Shown piece after piece: positions 20,500-30,259 of a DNA stretch of 64,000 nucleotides. The notes under the pieces are model-generated. The model was not told where the DNA came from and searched no databases. It worked only from the letters and a program-made list of their open reading frames with translations. Position numbers and translations under genes: made by a program. Position 1 is the first letter of the stretch, and the number at the start of each line of letters is the position of its first letter. This stretch comes from Deferribacterales bacterium (GTDB lineage: Bacteria; Chrysiogenota; Deferribacteres; Deferribacterales; Geovibrionaceae): the NCBI GenBank assembly GCA_050253075.1, contig JBFWJS010000005.1, forward strand, positions 142,769-206,768, written 5' to 3'.

Positions 20500-21639
20500 A
20501 TGAACACAGGTGATATATACTATTTAAAACGAGAGTCAGAGTGTGCCTATATGATCAGAAAAGTTATTACAGACGTCTATGAAGACATCCATTTCAGTGA
20601 TAAATACGACACTGAGCAGATAAACCTGCTGCTGAAAGAACTGGACGTGCGCCATGCGCATTTCTCCGGGCTGCCTATCGTGCCCGAGGTTCGCAGCTTC
20701 CTTAACGGCGAGCTCCGCACACAGTCCATATACTCCACCGCCGCAATCGGAAAGCCCGATATGGAGGAGGAAGACGTGCGCAATTTCCTCGCAGGGAACC
20801 CGCACGAGCTGGACGAGACACGCTCCCGCATAGTGAATAACATCAGGCGCACATTTGAATTCGTCGATAAAAACAGAACGACTTTCGAGCTGACCACCGA
20901 AAACCTGCGCAAGCTCCACATCATGCTCGTGATAGACACGGCTGAGGGGCTCCCCGGCGTATACAGATCTAAGGACCGCTCAGAGGTAAACATAGACTAT
21001 AAGCCCCCGAGGGGCTCTATGGACGAGCTGACCAAAGAATTCTGCGACTGGTTCGCCAGCTCCGACATGCAGAAGCATCACCCTGCCGTTAGGGCGTTTC
21101 TCGCTCATTACCACATAGGTATGCTTCAGCCTTTCAGCAACGGCAACGGGCGTGTGGCACGCACTCTGGAGGCTATCGTGCTGGAGAACGCAGATATGCC
21201 GTACCTCACCCATGTGCTGTCTCAATATTATAAAAGAAACAGAAAAGACTATATAAAAGCATATATCAAAAACGAAAAGACGGGCGGATTCGACATGACG
21301 CCGTTCCTCGCATTCTGCCTCGAGGGCTCCGTGCGTGCGTATAAGCTGATAACAGACATGGCTGTCACAGGGCTCCGTGCCATCAGCGTGCGTGAATACA
21401 TCCGCAGACTCAGGACAGAAAAGAAAATCACCGAACGCCAGCGTGACCTGCTGGAGATAATATATCAGTACGACAAGCCATTCGACCTGCACGACCTGCT
21501 CACGAACCCTATATTCGCAGGGCTCTACCGCAGTGTGACAGAAAATACCGCACGCAATGACATAAAGCGCATGAAAGAACTGAGCCTCGTGACACAGACT
21601 CAGGGCGGATATATCTTTAACCGCTTCGTGCTCGGATAG
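20500..21639 (+). CDS. Fic-domain protein with degenerate active site and C-terminal winged HTH (start may be 20551)
   Basis: SIYSTAAI, PGVYR, LQPFSNGNGRVAR; C-terminal VTENTARNDIKRM; similar layout to 9898-10986. Confidence 0.8.
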   Translation: MNTGDIYYLKRESECAYMIRKVITDVYEDIHFSDKYDTEQINLLLKELDVRHAHFSGLPIVPEVRSFLNGELRTQSIYSTAAIGKPDMEEEDVRNFLAGNPHELDETRSRIVNNIRRTFEFVDKNRTTFELTTENLRKLHIMLVIDTAEGLPGVYRSKDRSEVNIDYKPPRGSMDELTKEFCDWFASSDMQKHHPAVRAFLAHYHIGMLQPFSNGNGRVARTLEAIVLENADMPYLTHVLSQYYKRNRKDYIKAYIKNEKTGGFDMTPFLAFCLEGSVRAYKLITDMAVTGLRAISVREYIRRLRTEKKITERQRDLLEIIYQYDKPFDLHDLLTNPIFAGLYRSVTENTARNDIKRMKELSLVTQTQGGYIFNRFVLG

Positions 21640-21645
21640 GTGCTT

Positions 21646-22536
21646 ATGTATCTGTGCTTCGACATAGGCGGGACAAACATCAAATCCTGTCTGACAGACG
21701 AAAACGGCAAATGCCTCGATAAGATATCTATACACACACCGAAGGATTACGGCGATATCCTCTCGATACTCATATCCTCTGCCGAACGTATAAGCGACTT
21801 CAAAGCCTGTGCTGTAGCCGTACCGGGGACATGCTCGCCTTCATCGGGCGAGGTGCTCTTTGCTCCGAACCTGACAGCACTGAACGGCAGAAATATCAAG
21901 AACGACCTCGAAAAGGCTCTGAACAAGCCGGTATTCATAGAAAACGATGCAAACCTCGCCGCTCTAGGCGAATACTACTTCATTGAGAAAGATAAGGTGA
22001 AGAACATGATATTCCTCACCATAGGCACAGGGCTCGGAGGCGGAGCAGTGCTGAACGGAGAACTGCTCACATCAGACATCTCCCTCTTTGAAGCGGGGCA
22101 CATAAACCTCATCCCCGACGGACGCCTCTGCGGATGCGGTAAAAAGGGATGCCTCGAAACATACGCCAGCATCGGCGGGATAATGAAGACATATAAAGAA
22201 CTCTCCGCAAGGGGTGAGGCAGACAATGTGAACCAGATATACACCGCTGCCAAAAACGGCGACAGGGCAGCACAGCTCACCTTTGAAGTTTTCGGCGGAC
22301 AGCTCGGCATAGGCATGGCTAGCCTCGTGAACATACTGGTCCCGCAGAAGATAAAGATAGGCGGAGGCATATCCGAGATGGCAGACGCCTTCCTCCATCA
22401 CACCATGAAGATCTTTTCGAAAAACATATATCCCGCTTATAAACAACGTGTTTCCATAGAGCTCTCCGCTTTGAAAAACGAGGCAGGGCTCAAAGGGTGC
22501 ACAGCCCTCTCCATCACTAATCTTTCGTCAAAATAA
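21646..22536 (+). CDS. ROK family sugar kinase (glucokinase-like)
   Basis: FDIGGTNIK, ENDANLAALGE, TIGTGLGG, EAGH, CGCGKKGCLE. Confidence 0.9.
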   Translation: MYLCFDIGGTNIKSCLTDENGKCLDKISIHTPKDYGDILSILISSAERISDFKACAVAVPGTCSPSSGEVLFAPNLTALNGRNIKNDLEKALNKPVFIENDANLAALGEYYFIEKDKVKNMIFLTIGTGLGGGAVLNGELLTSDISLFEAGHINLIPDGRLCGCGKKGCLETYASIGGIMKTYKELSARGEADNVNQIYTAAKNGDRAAQLTFEVFGGQLGIGMASLVNILVPQKIKIGGGISEMADAFLHHTMKIFSKNIYPAYKQRVSIELSALKNEAGLKGCTALSITNLSSK

Positions 22537-22585
22537 ACCTTGTGTTTTCCGCTCTATATGAAATATTATCCCTACGGAGCACAAA

Positions 22586-23398
22586 TTGGAAAAGCGACTT
22601 ATCACAGGCATCACACCTACGAAATGCCTTAACTGGCTATACAGAAAGAACCCCGAAGTTTATGTCTATCCACCCGCCGTTGCGGATGTCGACGGAGAGT
22701 ATTATCAGCTGAACAGCTTCGAACATTACTCTCAGGAGTACTTCATCATCGAGGCAGACAGTGTGGAAGATGCGCTGAACATATCCGTAGACCTCTACGG
22801 AGCAGCCAGCCTGAACACCACAGAGCTGGCTTACCTTACCGCTGTGTGCGATAGACAGGAACTGGATAAGTCAAAGATAACAGCATACGAAACCCACGGC
22901 ATAAAGGGGAAGAAAAACTTTGAAACCCTGAAGGCCATCACATTCATGTGCCCGTCGCTGCAGAAATACATCTCGGTGAAAGCTATCCCGCTGAAGACCA
23001 TAGCCGTCTTCGACAAGCTCGAGAAGGATTTCCGCAGGTTTGTGAAAAACACTATCGACGACAGAGAGCTATCCGTGCAGGATTTCCGTAAGATGGTGAA
23101 TCTGCTGTTTGACATGCAGTCGAGCGCAACTCCGGAAGACATGGGCCCCGACCTGCTCAAAAAACTGGCCGAAAAGAAAGATATGACACGCATCAGCTTT
23201 ATGAAGGAGATGCAAAACCTCACTAAGGGTTTGAGTGCAAACGTCTTTTCAGAAAACAACTTTGAAACGGGCGAGCTGACATTCAGCATAAAGGCATCAG
23301 GGATGAAAGAGCTGAAAGAAAAACTGGAAGCTCTGTCAGAAGACGAAAATAAAATAGAAAGAATATACAGGTTTTTGGATGAGCAGGATATTTGTTGA
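22586..23398 (+). CDS. Hypothetical protein coupled to SPL-family radical SAM gene
   Basis: 270 aa ORF, TTG start with GGAG RBS, overlaps next gene. Confidence 0.7.
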   Translation: MEKRLITGITPTKCLNWLYRKNPEVYVYPPAVADVDGEYYQLNSFEHYSQEYFIIEADSVEDALNISVDLYGAASLNTTELAYLTAVCDRQELDKSKITAYETHGIKGKKNFETLKAITFMCPSLQKYISVKAIPLKTIAVFDKLEKDFRRFVKNTIDDRELSVQDFRKMVNLLFDMQSSATPEDMGPDLLKKLAEKKDMTRISFMKEMQNLTKGLSANVFSENNFETGELTFSIKASGMKELKEKLEALSEDENKIERIYRFLDEQDIC

Positions 23399-24458
23399 TA
23401 AAGCGGCGGCTGAAAGCGAAGTAGCCGCAAACGCCATGAAGAACTGCTCCGACGTCAGCTTTGTCGGCAGTGCCGAAGAAGTCCCCGATAACAAGAACTG
23501 CATATATATCACCGCAGGCCCAAACACCTTTGTACACAGGTGCCCCGCCACAAAGATATACAGATGCTGTGACTACTATGTGGCAGATGTAGCCGAGGGA
23601 TGCCCCTTCGACTGTACATACTGTATATTACAGTCATACCTGAACCACGAATATATAAAGGTCTATTCAGACTTTGAAGGGATAAAGAACGATATACTGA
23701 ATCTGCCGAAAGACAGGTTTTACCGGCTGGGCACGGGCGAACTCTCCGACAGCCTCGCCCTCGACCACATATTCAACTTCAGCGGATTCATAGGCGAAAC
23801 AGTGAATAAAGCGGAAAACCTCCTCTTCGAGTTCAAAACCAAATCCGCAAACATAAAGAACCTCCTGAACATAAACCCGAAGAATATGATGGTCTCATGG
23901 AGTATGAATCCACAGGAGATAATTGATAAAGAAGAGCACGGAGCGGCAAAGCTGGACAACAGGCTGAAAGCCGCAAACCTCTGCTCCCAGTACGGATACA
24001 AGATAGGCTTCCACTTCGATCCGCTGATATACTACGACAATTTCGAAGCGGGATACGCCGAAGTCATCAGAAAGATGGCAGAGTCTGTCCCCGAAAGCTC
24101 TGTGGAATACATATCTGTCTCCACTTTCCGCTTCATCCCCGAGCTCTTAGACATTGTAAGGGGCAAGTTTGACCGTTCGCTGCTGCTCCAGAGCGAATAC
24201 GTGAAGACAATGGACGGAAAGATGCGCTACTTCAAGCCTGTTCGTGTACACATGCTTGACTTCTTTGTAAAAGAGGTGCGTAAATACTGGAAGGATGTTT
24301 TCATATACTTCTGCATGGAGCATGAATCCGTCTGGAAAAAGATAATGAAGTACGACCCCGGTGAGCGTGAAGACTTTGAAAAGTTCTTCCCATGCCAGAT
24401 AAAACATACGCCTGACAGCAGGATAACTCATTCTGAACAAGTAGAAGAATCTGAATAA
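23379..24458 (+). CDS. Spore photoproduct lyase-family radical SAM protein
   Basis: GCPFDCTYCILQSY (CxxxCxxC), GTGELSDSLA, EFKTKS, SWSMNP, GFHFDP. Confidence 0.85.
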   Translation: MSRIFVDKAAAESEVAANAMKNCSDVSFVGSAEEVPDNKNCIYITAGPNTFVHRCPATKIYRCCDYYVADVAEGCPFDCTYCILQSYLNHEYIKVYSDFEGIKNDILNLPKDRFYRLGTGELSDSLALDHIFNFSGFIGETVNKAENLLFEFKTKSANIKNLLNINPKNMMVSWSMNPQEIIDKEEHGAAKLDNRLKAANLCSQYGYKIGFHFDPLIYYDNFEAGYAEVIRKMAESVPESSVEYISVSTFRFIPELLDIVRGKFDRSLLLQSEYVKTMDGKMRYFKPVRVHMLDFFVKEVRKYWKDVFIYFCMEHESVWKKIMKYDPGEREDFEKFFPCQIKHTPDSRITHSEQVEESE

Positions 24459-24504
24459 GAAAGATAAATAAGGTCACATATCCTTCGCATCTGCTCAGGA
24501 TGAC
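24427..24504. repeat. REP-like palindromic element, copy 3 (overlaps 3' end of the SPL-like gene)
   Basis: CTCATTCTGAAC...GAAGAATCT...ATATCCTTCGC...CTCAGGATGAC. Confidence 0.7.
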
Positions 24505-24578
24505 CCGGCGAGCATTACATTTCCCCTTTTATTAAAAGCGGAATCTGCTTATAATATGCCCGTTTCGATGGAGGAATA

Positions 24579-25769
24579 ATGGGTTTTTTCAGCATATTTA
24601 AAAAGAAGAAAGACGAGGTAGCCGAGCAGGAAGAGCAGGTTATCGAAAATGATATAGAAACCGAAGAGGAAGGCGAAGAGCCCGAAGCTGTCGAGGTGCA
24701 GGCGGAAGAACCTGCCGCAGTGGAAGAAGCTACAGACGAAGAGCCTGAAGATGATGAATCCGAGGACGAATCTGAGGACGAAGATGAAGAGGAAGAGCAG
24801 TCCGAAGCTGTAAAGCAGGACTATGCCGAGAAGCCTGCCGTGAAGCAGGGCTTCTTTAAAAGGCTGAAAAAGGGTCTCTCCAAAACATCCGGCAAGCTGG
24901 TCGGCGGGATGGAGAGCATCTTCACAGGGAAAAAGAACATCGACGAAGACCTCCTAGAAGAGCTGGAAGAGCTGTTCATCACATCCGATGTGGGCGTCCC
25001 CACCACAATGAAGATCATAGACAACGTACGCAGCGAGCTTTCCCGCAAGGCTCTGAAAGACCCACAGGAGCTCAAGGCCGAGCTTAAAAAACAGATCAAA
25101 AATATTCTCGATATACCGAACGACCTGAACACCACCGAAGATAAGCCATACGTGATAATGGTGCTCGGCGTGAACGGCGCAGGAAAGACCACAAGCATCG
25201 CAAAGATGGCTAAACGCTTTAAAGAGCAGGGACTTTCCACATGTCTCGCCGCAGGGGACACATTCCGTGCTGCCGCCATAGACCAGCTGTGCGTATGGGC
25301 AGACAGGGTGAAAGTACCCGTGGTGAAACAGTCCGAAGGGAGCGACAGCGCCGCTGTCATATTCGACGCTATACAGTCCTGCAGATCAAAGGGTATACAG
25401 GTACTCATTGCGGATACTGCGGGAAGACTGCATAATAAATTTAACCTGATGAAAGAGATGGAAAAGATAGTCCGCATATGTAAGCGGGAGCTGCCTGATG
25501 CGCCGCACGAGATACTCCTTGTGCTGGATGCTACCAGCGGACAGAACGCCCTCTCTCAGGCACAGAAATTCCACGAAAGCGTGGGCATCACAGGGCTGGT
25601 ACTCACAAAGCTGGACGGCACAGCAAAGGGCGGTGCGGTCATCGGCATCGTGGACGAGCTTCAGATACCTGTGAAATTCATAGGTTTCGGTGAAGGGATA
25701 GACGACATGAAGCCTTTCGATGCGGAAGACTTCGTCAATGCCCTCTTTGACAACGACACGGAGAACTGA
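24579..25769 (+). CDS. ftsY: Signal recognition particle receptor FtsY
   Basis: Acidic N-terminus, GVNGAGKTTSIAK, DTFRAAA, DTAGR, TKLDGTAKGG. Confidence 0.96.
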   Translation: MGFFSIFKKKKDEVAEQEEQVIENDIETEEEGEEPEAVEVQAEEPAAVEEATDEEPEDDESEDESEDEDEEEEQSEAVKQDYAEKPAVKQGFFKRLKKGLSKTSGKLVGGMESIFTGKKNIDEDLLEELEELFITSDVGVPTTMKIIDNVRSELSRKALKDPQELKAELKKQIKNILDIPNDLNTTEDKPYVIMVLGVNGAGKTTSIAKMAKRFKEQGLSTCLAAGDTFRAAAIDQLCVWADRVKVPVVKQSEGSDSAAVIFDAIQSCRSKGIQVLIADTAGRLHNKFNLMKEMEKIVRICKRELPDAPHEILLVLDATSGQNALSQAQKFHESVGITGLVLTKLDGTAKGGAVIGIVDELQIPVKFIGFGEGIDDMKPFDAEDFVNALFDNDTEN

Positions 25770-25776
25770 TCATAAC

Positions 25777-26115
25777 ATGCGCTTCCTATTTATTTTAATT
25801 GCTCTGGCATGCTTAATGCCTAGCCAAGCCCCCGCACAGGAGAATATCCGCGGGATATTCTTTGAAAACGATTCACCGCACATGCTCGGCGTACGCCTTA
25901 TCAACAGATACAGCAGAGTGGAGGATCACTATCTTTTCGACCCGAACAGCAAAGAGCACGTGGACACAAAGGTCGAAACATTCACACTCTCTGCACAGCT
26001 GATAACACCCAGCTATCAGATAGACTGCTGTGAATGGACACAGATACACAGCGGCGACACCGTCACCATAGAGTATCTGCCCGACCGCGACAGATGCTGG
26101 TGTAAGATAAAATAA
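25777..26115 (+). CDS. Small exported hypothetical protein
   Basis: MRFLFILIALACL..APA signal-peptide-like N-terminus; four Cys in C-terminal half. Confidence 0.6.
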   Translation: MRFLFILIALACLMPSQAPAQENIRGIFFENDSPHMLGVRLINRYSRVEDHYLFDPNSKEHVDTKVETFTLSAQLITPSYQIDCCEWTQIHSGDTVTIEYLPDRDRCWCKIK

Positions 26116-26367
26116 TCAGTCTATATTCATACAGCTCCGCTCCTGAAGGAACTCCTCAAGGCTCTTTTTCGGCACACGCCATCTGCCGTTTCCGTCTATG
26201 CTGGTGTTCCATGCGATGAGCTTTGCGCTTTTTATCCATCTGCGTACCGTGATGTGACTGACCTGAAGTATCTTCGCCACCTGATATATGGTCAGGTTGC
26301 TCCCGGGCATTGATTCCACCTGTCTGCTTATACTATCCTCATTCCATACTTTGCACGGAGCCGACAT
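26116..26367 (-). CDS. Excisionase/MerR-like helix-turn-helix DNA-binding protein
   Basis: LTIYQVAKILQVSHITVRRWIKSAKLIA...GRWRVPKKSLEEFL; GGAGG RBS before ATG 26367. Confidence 0.85.
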   Translation of the reverse strand: MSAPCKVWNEDSISRQVESMPGSNLTIYQVAKILQVSHITVRRWIKSAKLIAWNTSIDGNGRWRVPKKSLEEFLQERSCMNID

Positions 26368-26433
26368 ACCGCACCTCCAAATAACATAATTTATTTGTAC
26401 ATAAATACACAATATGCATGTATTTTTCAACAC

Positions 26434-26464
26434 ATATTTTCTGTTTGTTTTTCACAGAATATAT
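26434..26464. promoter_or_regulatory. Inverted repeat (putative operator) between divergent HTH genes
   Basis: ATATTTTCTGT-N9-ACAGAATATAT. Confidence 0.45.
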
Positions 26465-26479
26465 CTGTATATATTATAT

Positions 26480-26839
26480 ATGGGTGTAGGACACAGATTA
26501 AAAGAGCTCCGCAGAGAGCTGAAGATCAGTCAGAAAGAACTAGGAAATCTGCTGAATGTCGCACAGCAGGTGGTCAGTTATTATGAAAAAAGCGGTAATA
26601 TAGATGCGTCAAAACTGTCCATCATCTCTGAAAAATACAGCATAGATATCAGATACTTCTTCGAAGACAAACCTTTAAACTCTTACAGAGGCACAAACCT
26701 TCAGCTTAATTCCTCTTCAGACTTTATAATCCCCGCCGGATGGGACGACATACTCCATGAAATGGCGGAGATAGAATACGGCAAGGTGCGGATAATAGAA
26801 TCTGTTGTCAGAACATTGATTAAAGAATTTAAGAATTAA
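26480..26839 (+). CDS. XRE/cI-like HTH transcriptional regulator
   Basis: MGVGHRLKELRRELKISQKELGNLLNVAQQVVSYYEKSG; no RBS before ATG 26480 (possibly leaderless). Confidence 0.85.
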   Translation: MGVGHRLKELRRELKISQKELGNLLNVAQQVVSYYEKSGNIDASKLSIISEKYSIDIRYFFEDKPLNSYRGTNLQLNSSSDFIIPAGWDDILHEMAEIEYGKVRIIESVVRTLIKEFKN

Positions 26840-26872
26840 CACTTTAAATTTCATACGGGGGAAAACCGGCTG

Positions 26873-28981
26873 ATGGATATTAGCGGCGAAAACGCCCCAT
26901 TTATTTTACGTTTTTCTAAATACATGTATCGAACAAACCCGAGAATAACAAGAGGAGGACCGCCCAGAACAGCCTAAGGCCAGCCTCTGAATATAGATAA
27001 AGCCGTAGCAGGCATACGAAATGCGCATACAGCATACTGCCGTTTCGACTTTAATAAAGACCTCCCACTTTACTCACTGCTGACCTTGAAAAAAGGCTCA
27101 CTCTCAAAGTCGAACAGATACCACTTCCTGAAAACCGCAGATATAAAGCTGACGGGCAGTTTGTCCCCTGAGGACCTCATCTTTGCGCTAAAGGACGATG
27201 CAGATATCTCCAGATTTGAAAACATACTGCGCTACAGTCGAAACATAAACTTCCGAAAGTCTCTGACCCATATGTCAGACATAAGAGCCCTACTGCCGGA
27301 GGATAAGCTGAAAAACTCAGTTACCGAAGGCGACATAGTAATCCAGCTGTTTAATAACGACAACTACGGCAAACTACTCCACTTTCTCAGAGACGGGCTG
27401 AATATAAGAGCAGGCGACATCTTTTCCGTAGGCAGTCTGAACATCATAAAAGCAAATATAAACGACCTGTCTAAGCTGGAAACTCTAGCATCACACTCTC
27501 TGATAAGGTCTGTGGAAAGCGCTCACAGCATCCATCTGGAAGAGCATTATATAAGGCACGCTCCGCTGCCGCTGAACTGTGTGAAAGAACGAGCCCTTCA
27601 AAAAGCATATCCCAAGGCCGCCCTGATAGACTCAGGCGTGGCATCTGACTCCCTGCTGAAAGAGTGGGAGATATCCACGGAAAGCTACATCCCTGATGAA
27701 AAGCGAAATCCAGCCCACGGCACTTTTGTCTGCGGGCGAATGCTTCAGGAAGGGGAAGAGTTCGGCGGGATACTGTACCTGAACGCTGAAATGATGCCTT
27801 CGGACGGAATTTTATCCATCAGCGATTTCTACAGAAACATGACAGACATCCTGCAGAAATACTCAAAGACCATAAAAGTTTATAACATCTCCATGGGTAC
27901 ATCTGCTCTGCTCCGAGACGAATTTTCCTACTCCGCATACATACTGGACACACTGCAGAAGGAATATGACGTGCTCTTCATAATATCCGCAGGCAACTGT
28001 GCACCTGACGGGGAGGCTCCGAGGTCACTCACTGCACCTGCCGAAAGCGTACACTCCGTCAGCGTCGGTTCCGTGGCGCACACAGACACAAATATCCAGA
28101 AGAAGCACACCCCATCCCTTTTCACAAGGCACGGCCCGGCACCGCTCGGATTCATAAAGCCCGACATCGCCGCATACGGAGGGGCTCATGCTGAGCATTT
28201 CGGCAGGCTGAAACCTGTGGGAGTATTCAGCATCGGCGTGCAGAACGAGCTGGCAGAAGACATCGGAACCTCCCACGCCGTCCCTATGGTCACATCAAAA
28301 GCGGCAAAGCTGTATCACCAATACAGCCATGCATTTAAAAGCCCCGACATAACAAAAACATTGCTGATACACGATGCATTCCTAAAAAAAAGCTCCAAAG
28401 AGCCCGACATATACTGCGGATACGGCATATCTGCCGATGGAGACAATGACGAAAACCATGTAACATACATCCATCAGGGGCTGGTAAAGCCTGAGCAGAT
28501 AGTAGAACTGCCCGAGATACCTATCCCACCCGATATGATAAAGGACGGAGCCGTCTATGGAGGCATCGTCCTGACACTTGTTTATAAGACACACGTGGAC
28601 ATAGCTTTCCCTCATTACTACTGCATGACAATGCTGGATATATCACTCGGGTATTACGACGGGGGGAAGTGGATATCTGTGATGACGGCGAAAGATACGG
28701 CGGGGCTCCCCAAAGGAAAAGATGCACAGGAGCTCTTTAAATGGCAGCCTGTAAAAGTGTTCAGCAGGGTATTTAAAAATAAGAAAATGCCCGACAAGCT
28801 ATTACTAAGAATAATACCGTCTAAAAGAGATTTTTATGACAAAATGGAAGACATTTCATACTCATTCGCTATATCTTTTGTGAGCAAAGAGGAAAACCTG
28901 TTGAAAGGTATTCTCGACAGACCGTCTGATTTTTCACACATTCTCGAATCTGCCCATGACTTGTGGAAAACATGTGGATAA
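26873..28981 (+). CDS. S8 subtilisin-like serine peptidase; in-frame TAA at 26975-26977 (possible pseudogene; open frame from TTG 27086)
   Basis: Catalytic motifs IDSG, HGTFV, SAGN, GTSHAVP; ATG 26873 is in frame, with one stop at codon 35. Confidence 0.78.
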
Positions 28982-29133
28982 TAAAAGCGTTAATTAGCCA
29001 ATAAACCAACACTTTTCAACAATACAATAAAAAAACCTTATTTATCAATTATATAACAAAAAACCCCGCAAACACGGGGTTTAGGTTGTCAAGCACTTTT
29101 TTTTCAACAAAATTTTGGAAAACATGTTTACAA
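28962..29133. repeat. DnaA-box cluster element with IHF-like site, copy A
   Basis: TGTGGAAAA 28962, TGTGGATAA 28973, TTTTCAACA 29013 and 29101, TTTGGAAAA 29114, TATCAATTATATA 29043; homologous to 49680-49851. Confidence 0.75.
29058..29082 (-). terminator. Intrinsic terminator-like hairpin downstream of TPR gene
   Basis: Minus strand AAACCCCG-TGTTTG-CGGGGTTTTTT. Confidence 0.55.
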
Positions 29134-29220
29134 AATAGTCAGAAACCTTGTGTCTTCACAGTTTCGACAAAACTGTTCATTTTTTGACCATTAAAAAAAA
29201 TCATATTTTAACGGTAAAAA

Positions 29221-30174
29221 TCACCACAATCTGAGCTTTGTACCTTTTTCGTAATTTTGTATGTCGTATCTGAAATCTTCTTTCTGAACCAGATCCTGTG
29301 TCTGAGCTATTGCTTCGTCCAATACCTTTATTGCGTTTTCAAAATCGTCGGTCTCGGCATATGCCGCAGCCATCACTTCCGCATAGTGGACAACGTTCAG
29401 GTCATAGAGTTCTTTTGCTATCTTTACGGCTTTTTCGCCGTTTCTGTATGATTCCAGAGGGTTTGTGGAATATACCCATGCGAGCATGCGCTTCGCCTCG
29501 AGGTTCGTCTTGTCTATTTTAATGGCCTTTTCAAGGTCGTTAACGGCCTGATTTGCGTCTTTCTGCTTATAGAACACCTTCGCCCTGAGCAGATAAAGAT
29601 CAGAGTTTTCAGGGGATTTCTGCATGGCTTTCAGGGTGTATGTCTTTGCCTCGTCATACTTGCCCATGTTGAATAACAGATCGCCCATAGCAACGAGGAA
29701 ATCTGCGCTCTCTCCGCCCCATCTCTCGGCACCTTTGAGGTCCTTTGCCGCCTCTGCATAGTCGCCCATGGCCACATGTGCTTTTGCTCTCTCCACATAT
29801 GCCACAGGGTATTTCTTCCCTGCTTTATCTATGACGGTTCTGAAATCTATCACCGCATCCTTATAAAAGCTGAGTTTCACGTATGCACGTCCCCTTTTCA
29901 GGTGATATTTAGCATCGCCGTGGTTTCTGATGGCTTTTGTATAGTTGTTTACAGCCTCGCCGTATCTGCCGAATGCGTAGTCTATATCCGCAAGTCCTTC
30001 ATAGTAATAATCCGAATGAACAGACTTCGTAACATTCTTTTCATAATTCTGAACCGCTTCTTCGTATGTCGGCGCTTTCAGCGCAGCATCGAGCCCCGCC
30101 GTATACTCTTCCTGATTAACAGTACAGCCGGCAGTCATAAGAACAAGCGAAAACAAAGCAATCAAAACTCTCAT
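29221..30174 (-). CDS. Tetratricopeptide-repeat lipoprotein
   Basis: Signal peptide with lipobox TAGC; multiple TPR repeats (EAVNNYTKAI, DAVIDF, QAVNDLEKAI). Confidence 0.85.
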   Translation of the reverse strand: MRVLIALFSLVLMTAGCTVNQEEYTAGLDAALKAPTYEEAVQNYEKNVTKSVHSDYYYEGLADIDYAFGRYGEAVNNYTKAIRNHGDAKYHLKRGRAYVKLSFYKDAVIDFRTVIDKAGKKYPVAYVERAKAHVAMGDYAEAAKDLKGAERWGGESADFLVAMGDLLFNMGKYDEAKTYTLKAMQKSPENSDLYLLRAKVFYKQKDANQAVNDLEKAIKIDKTNLEAKRMLAWVYSTNPLESYRNGEKAVKIAKELYDLNVVHYAEVMAAAYAETDDFENAIKVLDEAIAQTQDLVQKEDFRYDIQNYEKGTKLRLW

Positions 30175-30259
30175 CAAAGCACCTCTCTGGTCGTGTCTAA
30201 GTGAATACAATACCTTTTATTAGATTCCATTGAAAGAGTAAAGTTCAGCCCCCACAGCC

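Noticed and set aside
24600..24830. GAA/GAG-rich low-complexity tract
   Set aside because: Ordinary acidic N-terminal domain of FtsY
29087..29092. TTGACA (minus strand) in both DnaA-box elements as a promoter -35
   Set aside because: No -10-like hexamer 16-18 nt downstream in either copy
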